Source of the DNA: Rhodosorus marinus CCMP1338
Taxonomy: Eukaryota; Plantae; Rhodophyta
Length of the DNA: 64,000 nt
Assembly: GCA_029953675.1 (NCBI GenBank)
Contig: JAMWBK010000002.1
Coordinates: forward strand, 2,914,001-2,978,000
Direction of reading: 5' to 3'
In this document: positions 11,952 through 24,361 of the stretch, piece by piece
Numbering within the stretch: the stretch's first letter is position 1
Layout of the letters: each line of letters begins with the position of its first letter
Notes under the pieces: model-generated
The model's input: the letters and a program-made list of their open reading frames with translations, nothing else
What the model was told of the DNA's origin: nothing
Databases searched by the model: none
Made by a program: the position numbers and the translations under genes

Positions 11952-14900
11952 ATGGCGTTGTTTTCGTTGATTCGCAAGAAGGGCTCGGACGGTAAGTTCG
12001 AGCGCTGGGCGAATAATTTTGTTTCGGAGGATGATCAGCTTGCCGTTGCGTCCATAAACGAGCTTCAGGCAGAAATTATCGATGCGCAGAAAGTGGGCTA
12101 CGGGAACAGCTTGGATAAGCTATCGCTCCTAGAGACTGTCCTCGTGGCTCTGCTTGGCCATCCGGTACCGTTCGTAAAGGAGAGATCTGTGGTGCTTTTA
12201 AATGTCTTATACGATGGGCATCAATTGCAACTGGACGAAGCACTGCCGGTCACTGTCTCGTGTGTTGGCGAGACTCCAGAGATCGCAGTGCCCCTATTCT
12301 ACTCTCACGTGGAGCATTCGCACTCCCTCAAGTTCAGAATTTTCGGACCATCCGCAGAACAAAGCCAGCCTGCCTGGAGCGAAGCCGATGTACACTTGAA
12401 TGAAGATGTGGTTGAGGTTAGTTTGCCTCCCTTTGCTCGGAGTGGGTTTTACGATTGGATCATAGTTTCTCGGGATGGCTCAGTGGTGATTGAGATTGAT
12501 GATGAAAAGCGATTGCGAGGGAGGTTCATCGTTCAACCAGCGGGAGCCAGGGACATGGTCATCACCGAGGTCCCCGTTGACCAAGTCGGTGCGACATGGG
12601 ACGAATCTACCGGGGAGCTTACATCCAGAGGCTCTTTTGACGCTGTTATTGAGAAACTGCCAGAGTTGAAGCTGCGAGGGTCTTCCGCAGTTTATCTCAT
12701 GGGAGCACTTGAAAGACCTAATGATGATTCTGAAGCATCACCTTTTAACGTCACTGATCGAAAGCGAGTTGCTACTGTCCTGGGCGGAGCGAAGAGTTTT
12801 CAGAATCTCGTTCGGGAGATTCAGAGGCTGGACATGATTCCAATCCTAGATGGCATCGAGAGAGTGGCAAGAAACCGCGCTCATAGGAAGTATCGCCCGT
12901 TCATGGTGCAGACCGTCGACAATACGGGGGCGATGTTCACGCATCCAGGCACGGACGGCCGAGAAGTACAGTGGGAACAGTCCGGGCTGCTGAACTACCG
13001 GGACATAAGAGTATGGGATCTGATGATCGAGGAGATTAAGTATTTGGCGAACGAGTACGGAATTCGAGGAGTGCGACTGGATAACGGGCAGAGCTACCCT
13101 CCAATAATGGCCTTGGACACAGAAGAAATGTTTGCTCGCGATCCTGATGGCGAGCTGCACTATTCCAAAAGTGAAATATTCTACGGCCTTGTTGTTAAGG
13201 CGAATGAGGAAGTCGGATATTGGACCTCAGATTCAGCGCTTGAGTTCAACTATCCGAATCCTTTCCTCGTGAAGTTTGCGAGAGAAATGTGGCATACATA
13301 CCCAAATTTCTATATCATATCCGAGTGCCATTTCCAGAGGGAGGCGCTTCTTACTAGCTCAGGTGCAATCGTGCATTCCGTGCGAGTGCCTCAGATTCTT
13401 GCGTCGATTGGCGGCAAATCGCTGAGAAGGGATGGAACAGTGGCCGGTATCAGGGCAGACAAACGTTCCAGTGCTAGAACCTTGTCTAGACTAATGAAGA
13501 ACGAGAGCATGTTCTTGCCAAAGGGAGCCCTGGTGATCAACTGTACCTGCACTCATCTTTCACCATATCCCTCTGTGATGCTTGGTCGTCGGGCGTGGGT
13601 AGCTGTTGATATTATTCACTTCCTACCGGGCATTCCTATGTTGGTGAGTCCCATCAGAGTGGAGGCAAATCGCTTCTACATCGCCGCTACAGTAGTTTAC
13701 ACCTAACCATGAGCTCCCCTCTCTGATCACCTACACAGTTGTATGGAGAAGAAACGGGTTCAACGTATCGTCTGAACATGGCACCAGTAACAAATAATGA
13801 AGAGGACTCAATTTATGATGTCAACTACGACTCTTTGCTCCCGAGATCACCAAGAAAGAAGAAACCCATTGCTGAACCAACGCTGCCCAAAGCTGGCATG
13901 AAGAGGTCTTCTTCGAAACTGGCCTTAAGAAAATCCGGATCGTTCTTGAACATGAAGAGAGAGGGCTCCATATCCAATCTTGCAAAGTCTGCTTCTCAGA
14001 ACCTTTCTCCTGTACGAACATGCCTTCCACAGCGCAGCGTACTCGTCTAGTTGCTTGCATGGCTTGGACTGATGCGAAACGCTTTCTTGTTTGTTGCCTG
14101 TCACGTACTAGGCGGGATCTGGGGCAAATACGCCGAGAAGACAACCTGTGAGTAGTACAACGAGACGTACAGCAAGCAACAGAATCTAGGGGATCCTCTG
14201 ACCAATTTTTTCAATCGATTCTGAACAGGTTCGAAATGTATCTCTCTCAGATATGAAGAGCATGAACGTGAGGAGCGTTAGCGCTGAAGACTTCAGGCAA
14301 CTGGCTATCATGGATCAGCGCACAAAAGCGGAGTTGGGACCGCATAAGGGCTTCGATATTTCTCAGATTCTTGGCCATTATGAGCACCGATTCATGCTTC
14401 GTCAAGAGCACAAAATCTTCCGCACCGGGGTAGTGCACAATGTTCCGGTTGCGCCGCAGCAGGAGGATCAGGTTTTTGCGTTCGCTAGGGTTACGGAAGA
14501 GGAGTTCGCGCTAGTGGTGATAAACCTCAAGAGCGAACAGGATGGGAGTGAGTATGAACACCCTGTGACAGTGGATCTCAAGCTGTCCTCACTGCTTCCT
14601 ATTCTCCCGGAGACGCTGACGCAGAAGCTCGGTAGCGTCTGCAAAGTGGTTGACATGCTTTCTAGTGAGGAGACCTCAACACAGCTTTTCACCCTCGAAG
14701 AACTTATGTTCAGAGGCTACTCGGCAGAAGTGAGCGCTATGGCTAGCGTGTGCTTCCGCTTCGAACCTTTGCCGATGTCGGAGGCGCTGAGAAGGGAGCA
14801 TTTCGATCAAGCATTAAACCGTTTGCAAAACGAGCATGAGAGCATTACGGATCCACGGGAGAACCACCTGATGTCTCTCGTATCAAGAAGCGCAGCTGAG

Positions 14901-17068
14901 TCGCTGGATTCCTTCGCACAGGCGATCAAGCAGGTTTTGGAAGGGTTTGAGAAGCTTGATATGCACGAGGCACATGAGCAATACTTGTTCCAGATAATAT
15001 TCCAACGCGCTAGCCAGCTGCACTACCTGGTAACCTACGAGGGATACATGAAACCTACAGACTTCGACCCACCGACGGGTGAGCGAATTGTCAGCTATCT
15101 TAGTATCCTGGCTTGCTCTGGAAGAAGTGAGAAGCTGAAAACGTTTGCCAGGGGGTTGGTAGAAAAGGTGAAGACAATAGGGCCGATAGTCTTTGCAGCC
15201 CCGGAACTCGGGCGCTTCAGCACTGCTGGTGGTCTCGGGGTAATGGTAGACGAACTCACGAAAGGAATGGTCTCCCTTGGAATGGAAGTCTACGTCATTT
15301 CACCTGTGTACACGGTTAACCGCAAGGGTGAAACCGGTTACCTTCAGCGAGATGGATTCCAGTGGACAAGAAATATTGATGTCAACCTTGGCACTCATGT
15401 TGTAACCTGCGGGATGTACGAGGGACAGGAACATGGTGTTAACCTCATTTTTATTGAGAGAGGCGACTACTTTCCAAAGGTTTATGCGGATGCGGGATCT
15501 CAGGAGAGACTCTTGCAGACGATTATTCTCATGTCACTCGGTTCTCTCGAAGCATGCTGTCACAAGGGTCTGGTACCTGCCGTTTTCGTGACGAATGACT
15601 GGATGCCCGCGATGGCAGCTGGATACGCGAAGAACGGCTTCTTTGGATCATACTTTGACAATACAACGTTCTTCCACATCATTCACAATCTTGGTGATGG
15701 TGCATACGAGGGAAGAGTGTACCCGTCACCGCAACAGGGTCTCTTCGAGTCGGTGCATCGACTACCCACTCATGTGCTCGTCGATCCTTGGTGGGCGCAG
15801 AAGATTGTGAACCCCTCCAGGTGTGCTTTACTCTGTTCCGATTCCTGGGGCACGGTTTCTCCGTCATATCTTGAGGAACTCCTGGCGGGTCATCCTCTCA
15901 AAGTGGCTCTTGAGAGCGCGAAAAAGCCGTTTGGTTTCCCGAACGGTATCAGGCAAGCAGACAGAGAAAGGCTGCTTCGCGAAAAGGGTGCGCAAGACCA
16001 TGCTGCGGCGAAGGAACTCCTTCAGCAAAAGTATTTTGGTTTTGAGCGTGGAGATCCTTCCATCCCTCTTCTCGCCTTTGTTGGCCGGATCACGTCCCAG
16101 AAAGGTGTCCACATGATCCTGAATGCAGTAGATGAACTGGTCAATCACACAGGTGGAAAAATTCAGATTATCGTCGGTGGTCCAGCAACATATTCGGATG
16201 ATTACTCTGCGTCATGTGCTCGTCACATGCAAGATCTGAGAAATCGCCACAGGTGGTGCTTCTGGGCCGCTCCGGACGAATTCTTCACTGATGGCCCCAC
16301 TGTAAATTTAGGAGCTGACTTTGGACTTATGCCGTCAGTTTTTGAGCCTGGAGGCATTGTACAGCAAGAATTCTTCGTGGCTGGCACACCGGTCATCGCG
16401 TACCGCACCGGAGGCCTTAAGGATACGGTACATGAGTGGAACGCCATTTCAAGAGAAGGGAACGGGTTCACATTTGAAAACTACAACCATGGCGATTTCA
16501 CTTTCGCCGTAAAGAGGGCGCTACGGGTGTTCTCCATGCATAACGACTATCTGGAGCTAAGACGGTCGGCGTATGACACGACAATCGATGTTGCCCAAGT
16601 TGCATGGGCATGGTATGTACATACACGACAGTCAAAGAGTAGCGAGTGAGATCGAGGGATACTGATGTTGACGTTTTTGCTTTGCCCGCTCTAATTTCTT
16701 TCAGGACGAGCGAGTTCCACAGATTGCGCAACGCGATGTTCACAAGACATCACATGCTTGAGGATGATATGAAGGAGGCTGTGCTAACCGACTCTGACTC
16801 ATCCTATGAGTTGGTGAGCAGCACACGAGCCGTCAAGATAGAGTACATGGGAGGAGGAACCTCAGTTTCCGTGAAGGGAGCTTTTGACGGCTGGAACCAG
16901 AGCTGGCCAATGAAGATGAGAGATGACGGGGTTGCTGAAATCTGGTTGCGTCTTGCGCCCGGTGATTATACCCACAAGTTCCTGGTTGACGGCCAGTGGG
17001 TTGTTGCTCCGGATGCTCCGAAGAAGGAGGAAGATGGCTTTGAAAACAATCTCCTGGTTGTACCTTAA
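11952..17068 (+). CDS. Floridean starch/glycogen synthase: GH13-like alpha-amylase domain + GT5 glucosyltransferase + C-terminal CBM48; exons 11952-13643, 13739-14011, 14112-14147, 14229-16612, 16705-17068; about 1582 aa
   Basis: GH13-like motifs are GVRLDNGQ and FLPGIPMLLYGEE. GT5 motifs are PELGRFSTAGGLG, VTNDW, FVGRITSQKG and PSVFEPGGIVQQE. The CBM48/AMPK-beta-like end reads VKGAFDGW...HKFLVDGQW...NN. The exons sum to a multiple of 3. Confidence 0.92.
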
Positions 17069-17433
17069 GTATGCCACTTGCCATCTTCGTCAGTAGCCAC
17101 TGATGAGCGCGAGCCGACGAGTGGGCTTTACCGTGCAACTAATCGATTAACATGTAGGGGTCCATCTCGGATGGCACAATGATTCGTTCGGGACATCAGA
17201 ATCGATGTGCTCTCAGGGCGGGGGATGAGATTTGCAAAATGGCGTTGCTTAACTCGCTCTTGGGCGCGCTCACATGAACTCACGAAAGTTCTATGAAATA
17301 GGTGTTTGAGAATATCTGTTTTACTATAGTTCAAAAAAAAAACCCTCCGAGGATGCCATTCTTAAATATTTGCTTGAAACGAATAGTCGCGACGTCAGGT
17401 CTGTTGCCACAGCTACTGTCCCAAGCTAACCCA

Positions 17434-18507
17434 CTAGAACACTGGTTTCCTCACCTTTCGGCGAGTGCTGGTTAGGAAGACTTCATCTACACTTTGCTGC
17501 CTGCCTGGTACGTATGACAAGGCGGCGTCCAAGTCACCCATCCTATCTGGTGCCTTCTCTTCAGAAATCTTTGTCTTCAGGACATCGTGCTTTTGCTTCT
17601 TCTCCCTCAAAAGTATAGGCAGGATGTAAGAGCTCCTCAACCCGTAGTTGATTAGAGCAGAGAAAAAGGCGTTCGGAATCCAATAGAAGAATATTGCAGC
17701 AGGTACTTTCCATGTGAACGCCAACGCCATCACCGAGAAGCCACGACCCACCCATTTAACTAACACGGCTCCCGTTTTCGAAGTGTCTTGTGGATTAATT
17801 GCTCGCTGAAACTCCATCAACCCAAGGGTAGTTGCGAACGATAAAAAGGGCGCTATGTGCAAGTCATCCGATTTGGTGAGGTCCTGGAGCCAATAAACAC
17901 CCCCTGTCTTAAGCGAATCGTCGTTCTCAGCGAGATAAGTAAGACTTCGATACATGCTAAGGAAGATCGGCATTTGGCATAAAGGCCCCAGAATTCCTTT
18001 CATAATACTCCCCTGTCTCCCCATAAGCTCCTGAATTTTCTGCTGTTCCTTCTTTGCCTCGTCAACCATACCTTGTTGAGCGTATGCCTTGGCCTTTTCA
18101 GTCAACGCTGATACCTGTGGTTGAACAGCCCGCATATTCTCCGAGAATTTGACGCCCAAGATGTTCGCCGGCATCACGATTATTCGCATCGCCGCCGTCG
18201 TAAGCAAGATCGTTCCCCACCAAGGCAATCCAATATACTCATTGGCACTTCTCAACACAAACCGCATCGGATGCCACCAAGCAAAAGACTCCTCCCGCTC
18301 ACCAAACGTTGAACCTTCCGCCACCCTTTTGGCTATGTCGATGATTCTCCGCGCGGTATCATCGGCAGGCGTTCCACCACTCCCGTCACCATCATCACCA
18401 TCACAATCAATACCGGACATAAACCCCCGACTCAACACAGGGCGACCCAAATGACCCCCATAATGCCCCCTCTCCGCCCTACGCAACAACGACAGGCACC
18501 TCAACAT
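17434..18507 (-). CDS. OXA1: Mitochondrial OXA1/YidC-family membrane insertase; single exon, about 357 aa
   Basis: Contains GLPWWGTILLTTAAMRIIVMP, PLCQMPIFLSMYRSL, LKTGGVYWLQDLT and PAAIFFYWIPN. The N-terminus is Arg-rich and presequence-like. Confidence 0.9.
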   Translation of the reverse strand: MLRCLSLLRRAERGHYGGHLGRPVLSRGFMSGIDCDGDDGDGSGGTPADDTARRIIDIAKRVAEGSTFGEREESFAWWHPMRFVLRSANEYIGLPWWGTILLTTAAMRIIVMPANILGVKFSENMRAVQPQVSALTEKAKAYAQQGMVDEAKKEQQKIQELMGRQGSIMKGILGPLCQMPIFLSMYRSLTYLAENDDSLKTGGVYWLQDLTKSDDLHIAPFLSFATTLGLMEFQRAINPQDTSKTGAVLVKWVGRGFSVMALAFTWKVPAAIFFYWIPNAFFSALINYGLRSSYILPILLREKKQKHDVLKTKISEEKAPDRMGDLDAALSYVPGRQQSVDEVFLTSTRRKVRKPVF

Positions 18508-18940
18508 CCTGACCAAAGAAAACCGAAACACACACCTCCCCCTCCCCTTCTACCCCCAAAAAAACCTCAAAAACTCACAACAAGCCCAAAGCCCTTTTAC
18601 TCAAAACTTCCAAAATCCCACTAAACACCCCTCCAACGCCCCGTACACCCTTCGATCCTCCTCCCCAAAACCTCAGAATTCCAAAAACCTGATCCTTTAA
18701 AATCAAACCACTGCACAATATATCCAAAACCAAGACCAAAAACATCAAACCTCCTTCCCTTCACCATCCACTTCTCAATCCAAACAGACCCGATCCTAAG
18801 TCTCTTCACCCTCTCCAAGACGCTTTCTACGGAAGACCAATTTTTTTCATCATGGATCCGTCTGCGGTCGTCGAACTAACTAATTTAAAATAAATTATCC
18901 ATATATCTATTTTTAAGTCGATTTACAAGTTTTTATATGA

Positions 18941-19676
18941 CACGTGTTTTTAGTGTTCAATTATTTATTGACAAGTGTTGATTGTGATTATTTATATCCA
19001 ATATATTTTAGATACGTGTTGTACGTAACTAATTAAAAGTTAACACGTGTGGAATACCAAATTGCTTCTGGACGGAGACTTTTGGATCAGTCACCAGAGG
19101 ACTGGACAAGACAAAGAGAGTGTATCCCTCGGTAAGCATATGCCCAGACGAGTACGCCCTTTGAAAGGAAGCCGAAACCACACAACTTGTTACATATTCG
19201 GGGCAGGATCACCTTCAAGAAACAGTCAAAGGGTGAAGCTGCAGAAGCTCGCACCTAGGGCGATGTCAGGAGTCGTGATGCACATAAATAATGCCCGTTG
19301 TGGCGGCGGTATAGGTTAGGACTCTTGTTAACAACCCTACCAGTATCCTTGCCAGTAGAAGTCAAGTTCGTCCGCGCGGAAAAGACGAAAAAAGAAACTA
19401 AACAAAAACCCAATAAAGAACGGCGATAAAGACCAATTCGCAAAATTTAAAATGGAATAAGTGTTCTTATTTATCAATTAAATATTAACAAGTGTCTTTT
19501 CAATATTTATATCGAATAATATCTAGAGACGTGTCCTTCGTAGCTAATCAATTATTTACGCGTGTATGTGTCTGGTTGGTATGATGATAGTATTTATTTT
19601 TGGCGAAAGACAGTAAATTTTGACCAATGAGGAATATAGAAGGGTGGTAATATAGCGAATGGTTGTGATACACGTG
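18941..19676. promoter_or_regulatory. Cluster of G-box/ABRE-like ACGTGT motifs in the divergent OXA1/lipocalin intergenic region
   Basis: CACGTG occurs at 18941, 19044 and 19671, TACGTG at 19013 and GACGTG at 19528, each followed by T. Three AAGTGT variants also occur, all in AT-rich flanks. Confidence 0.5.
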
Positions 19677-20105
19677 TCCTTGAATTTCATCTTTTCCGTT
19701 ACTTTGGGTCGTGAAGGGATAAGGAGATTGATCGTTCAGCGGGGTAGGCGTTCTAACCGTCAGCATGATTTCTGAATTGATGTTGAGCTCTGATCAATAC
19801 TGAGCCTGCTCTTTGAAAGAGCTAGTTCAATCCCTAAATTTCGGAGTATCTGAATTTGACGTAAGGGATGATCAGAGCCGATTGTGGATCTGGACCTATC
19901 GACGTTCGGAGAATCCATTGCGCACGACTGTGGCACTTTTACACGTGCTACGTACTCAGTAGCATCGATCGGGAACAAGGTTCGTAGCTTGAGGTTTCCT
20001 TGAGGCAGTAAGACCCGATAGGATCAGCGATTGAGCTCGGGGGAAGGTTGCGTGGATTTTTTTTGCGTGGGGATTCCAGGCTTGGATTGTCAAGGATAAG
20101 AAAAA

Positions 20106-20714
20106 ATGGGCGGAAGCACGTCGAAGGAAGAGTTGGTCCCGCTGGAGGTGGTGGATCACGTCGATCTGGAGAAGTACGTGGGGATGTGGTACGAGTACGG
20201 GAGATACCCCAACAGGTTTCAGGCAGAGGATGGAGAAAATGTAACTGCTACGTATACGCTAAACGAAGACGAGACCATAAAGGTTGTCAATGAAGAATTT
20301 ATTGAGGGCAAGAAGAAAACTATCAATGGGAAGGCGTGGGTCCATAACAAAGAGGAGTCTACGAGTAAGCTGAAGGTTTCCTTCTTCTGGCCTTTTGCTG
20401 GGAACTACTGGGTGATCCAACTCGGTGAAAACTACGGTTAGTCAAGCCATCTCCTCCGTTCTCGATCGAAAGCTAGCTCTTCTTGTTACATATGGTTACC
20501 ATTGTTTGAGTGTGCTTCTCCATCGGCTACAGAATACGCGGTCGTTGGGGAGCCAAAGAGGAAATATCTCTGGATTCTGTCCCGAACTACAGAGATTCCA
20601 GAGGAGATTGTATCCTCCATACTGACTAAACTGAAGGAGCAAGGTTATGATCCAGAAAAAGTGAAAATGACGAAGCAGGTTCCCCCACGCGAGGAAGCGA
20701 CAAACACGGCCTAA
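20106..20714 (+). CDS. Lipocalin (Blc/ApoD/TIL-like); exons 20106-20436, 20533-20714; about 170 aa
   Basis: SCR1 reads VDLEKYVGMWYEYGR; also LKVSFFWPFAGNYWV and SCR3 YLWILSR. The N-terminus MGGSTS fits the MGxxxS myristoylation pattern. Confidence 0.92.
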
Positions 20715-20940
20715 CGATGTAGGCTGGTTTTTTCCAGCCAACGGTCGTACCGTATCTAAATCACAGCTTTTCTGAGACCGCTTTCTGGTGTTGCACGATC
20801 TGATCGTATTGCATAAGGTGCATTCGCACCTCTTGCTCTTACCCTTGACCGAACTATGTTGTTTAAAAACCCATTGTCCGACGCCGGGAGATATGCGTCC
20901 ATGCACATCGTTCCGACCTCTATTTCTTTCTGTGCTTTAC

Positions 20941-22409
20941 TTAGTCGTTGTACTTTCCGAAAATGACTGAACTGTTGTGGCCACCGAATCCGAACGAGTT
21001 GCTGATGGCAACGTTCACGGTATGGTCCTTGGCCTCGTTCGGAACAATGTCTATGTCTAATCCGTCCTCGGGGTCGTCATTGTTAATCGTCGGATGTAAC
21101 TTGGAGCGCTGGATAGCCTTAATCGTGGCGACCGCTTCCAAGCCGCCCGCACCACCCAAAGCGTGACCAATCATTGACTTGGTAGCGTTCATCTTCACTT
21201 TGTCGGTGTGTCCAGCAAAAATTTTCTGTCAATTCGGAGCAAAACAATCAGAAACAAGGGAACCGTCAGCACGACTCAAACGCCAGGAACGAAGATCTTG
21301 AAGGCTTGCGCAGGCCTCGGTCAACTCACCTTGACGGCGTTATATTCGGCCATGTCACCTGCTGGTGTAGAAGTAGCGTGGGCATTGATGTAATTCACAT
21401 CTCCGGGAGAAATTTGAGCGTCGTTCATGGCATTCGTCAGACACGCTGAAACCATCATACCATCCGGCCGAGGTTCAGTCATGTGATACCCGTCGCAAGT
21501 GTGCGCGCCGCCAAGGTACTCGCAGATAATATTTGCGCCTCTAGCTTTTGCGTGCTCCAAGCTCTCAAGAACCACCAGACCACCGCCCTCTCCCATAACG
21601 AACCCATCTCGACCCTTGTCCCATGGCCTGCTAGCTTTCTCTGGCTCCGCGTTCCGTGAGGAAACTGCCCGGCAGGCTATGAAACCGCCCAAACCAATGG
21701 GTTCGATAGCCGCCTCAACACCTCCGGCCAGCATCAGATCTGCTTCTCCGCGCATGATGTGCATCGCCGCAGTGTTTATAGCATAATTTCCGGTTGCGCA
21801 TGCTGTTGAAACGGAATAGTTGGGGCCCATGAATCCTAGATCTATAGCGAGCAGCCCGCTGCCCATGTTTGTAATCGCATATGGAATAAAGAAGGGCGAT
21901 ACTCGGGAGTAATCCCTTGTGTTGAGCATTTCTGCAGCAGCTGAGTATACCTTAAGGCCGCCCATTCCACTACCACAAATGATTCCGCACCTAAACTTGT
22001 CCAGCGCCTCATTTGCTTCCGATCCTGGCTCCAGTCCAGCATCGATCAGCGCCTTCTTCCCGCCGATGATTGAATACAGGAGGAACGGATCGAGTCTCCT
22101 CACGAGCTTGGGTGTAACAAACTCCTTGGCATTGATCATATCCGGGGAAATCTCGGCCGCGATTTTTGTATTCCAGCTTTCCACGTCGAACTTCTGGACT
22201 GTTCTCACCCCGCTCTTCCCTTCCAACAGCGAGTCATAAAAAACATCCGGGTCGGTCCCAAAGCAGGACACAACCCCTTGCCCAGTGATCACCACGCGCT
22301 TGCGACCATCCAGACGAGTGTTCGCACTCATCCGAATCCGACTTGCATTTTTTACCCTCCTCTGTCCACCCAAATCTCTGCCACCACCAGTGACAACGAA
22401 CGCAGCCAT
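20941..22409 (-). CDS. fabF: Plastid-targeted 3-oxoacyl-ACP synthase II (KAS); exons 22409-21330, 21225-20941; about 454 aa
   Basis: Contains KRVVITGQG, STACATG (catalytic Cys), INAHATST, KSMIGHALG and SNSFGFGGHN. The N-terminus MAAFV is transit-peptide-like. Confidence 0.95.
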
Positions 22410-23437
22410 CGATTCAAACCCCCACCCCCCCCCTACCCCCACCCACCCCACCCAAAAAAAAGCTGTTCCAAAAAACGAAACGGAGTGGATACAGAAACAC
22501 TCCCAAAAAAACACCTCAACAACCCGCTTCTACCTTAAAAAAAAAATTCACCAACCCCACCACCACCCCTCCCGTTCCTCACTACACCAACTAGCTTCTA
22601 CCTGTACCTCCTCCATCACCATCGTCCATAGCCACCCCAAAATTAATCAATCCAAACCTCCCCTCTCCGTCAACATCCTATTAATCTATAAAAAAAACCT
22701 CCCAAACCAGGTTGCTTCGACCAAAACCCACCCAAACCTCGAAAAAGCGATTCAAATATATTCACAAAATTATAAAACGAACTTTTAGCGTGCCAGAAGG
22801 CAAACCTAAGTCATCTCCCACGCAGTAGAGAAATTTTGATCCACAGGACAGTTCAGATCAGTCCACAGCACCACGGCGGGTGATTTACTAATATATCCTA
22901 AGGGATCTATTTTCGAAATTATATTCTGTACTATCTGTCTGTTTGTGTACTAATGGCCGTTCGGGGGCTTTGGAAGGATCTGTACTATGTCCTTTTGCAG
23001 TTTGTACTATTTAAATGAGATCGTGGTTTTTTATTTGTTTTGAGGGGGTGATGTGTTTTTCCCCCGGTTTTTTTGTACTAATGGAAGTGAGTGGGAGGGG
23101 GCTGGCTTTTTTTGAACAACTTAGGGATTTGCTGAGCGGATTGCCGACGGGCCTCGTTGACTAGACGGAACCGTGGAGTCGATTGTATTGTATGATTTTC
23201 CAACGTCACTTGCTGGACGCCTCGGACGCCTCCCAGCGAAAGCCCGAGGCGCGGCTGCTGTCCGGAGGCGTCGTCCGGAAACAAACTATGTTACAGACCA
23301 GATCGGTTTTTAGCTCTTTACGGTGAAGATGTAGCTACATCTGAACTCGCTGGTCCTGCCCTGTAACACATCCTCATTCCTCTTATGATGGAAGGTCTGG
23401 TCTCATGGGCCGCGACGCGCGTCGAAGTGTTTTCGCT

Positions 23438-24358
23438 GTACTTCCAAGGTTCTCATTCTCCTCGGCGCAGACTTACTTCGTTGCATTTCAAGTAGTCTGA
23501 GTAGCCGAGGGCAGAAAAAGTATTGAGCAGTCTTAAGTCTTCTACTTGAGATCATTTCTGTTTAACGCACGGGGCGCCATTTCCAAATGCCCAGATGTGG
23601 AAGTCCGGCGAGAGTCAGCCTCATCTTTCCTTAAGTAGTCAATCATTTGCCAAATCAAAATCCTATATTGATTGACTAGTCTCTGAGTGAGTTGCCAGTT
23701 TGCCTAGTCGGAAGAGAGAATGGCCTTACGATACCGGTGTAAACCCGCAGCCATCCCTTCGTAGTCGTTTATATGACCAGTTGAGAAGCACTGAGTACGG
23801 TAGGAAATTCTCTTCCTCATCGCTCTCACCGCTGGCGGTTGCCCGGAGCTTTCAACCCCGAGCTTATGAATGTCAACATTTCAGACTCTACCTTTCGACG
23901 GAGAGTTGTTTCCCAGCGCTTAGCATCAGTTCGAACCAAAGTATCATTAAACACGTACGATTCTGCCCATGTTCGCCCTTCAATCCTCAAACAGGGCGCA
24001 AATGTGTCAGCACCGTCCGACCTAAGGTTAGCTCCTTCTCATGCGCCACATACAATCATCGAGCTGGTATATCAGGCTCTCGCGCAACCTGCTCCCAGGC
24101 TTTCGTTCAACGAGCACTGATTCTTGCAAAGCAAATAGGCTCCTTGTGGAGCTGAATAAGTCGCCTGTAAACAGTTTACACAACTTATCATTCTCAGCTC
24201 TCTCTAGAAAGAGCTTTTCGGCTCTGGGAACCCCCCTCTCACGCACACATGAACATAAACAGCGGGCATCGGCTCTTGAAGGAGGGGCCTCGGAGGAAGC
24301 AGAGCTGGAGATTGGACTGAGTTTCTTTCGGAGATTGAGAAGTCTAGCTTCTATATGA
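23438..24358 (+). CDS. Possible multi-exon hypothetical gene; 5' end unresolved; last exon about 24076-24358
   Basis: Open frames 23839-24026 and 24076-24358 can be joined by a 49-nt GT-AG intron. Upstream exons need weak splice sites. No family was recognised. Confidence 0.3.
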
Positions 24359-24361
24359 GTT

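Noticed and set aside
23700-24246. Minus-strand gene head-to-head with SBDS
   Set aside because: Some donors look good, but the frame has no ATG and would need a first exon inside the SBDS coding region. The plus-strand model fits the promoter layout better, though both are weak.
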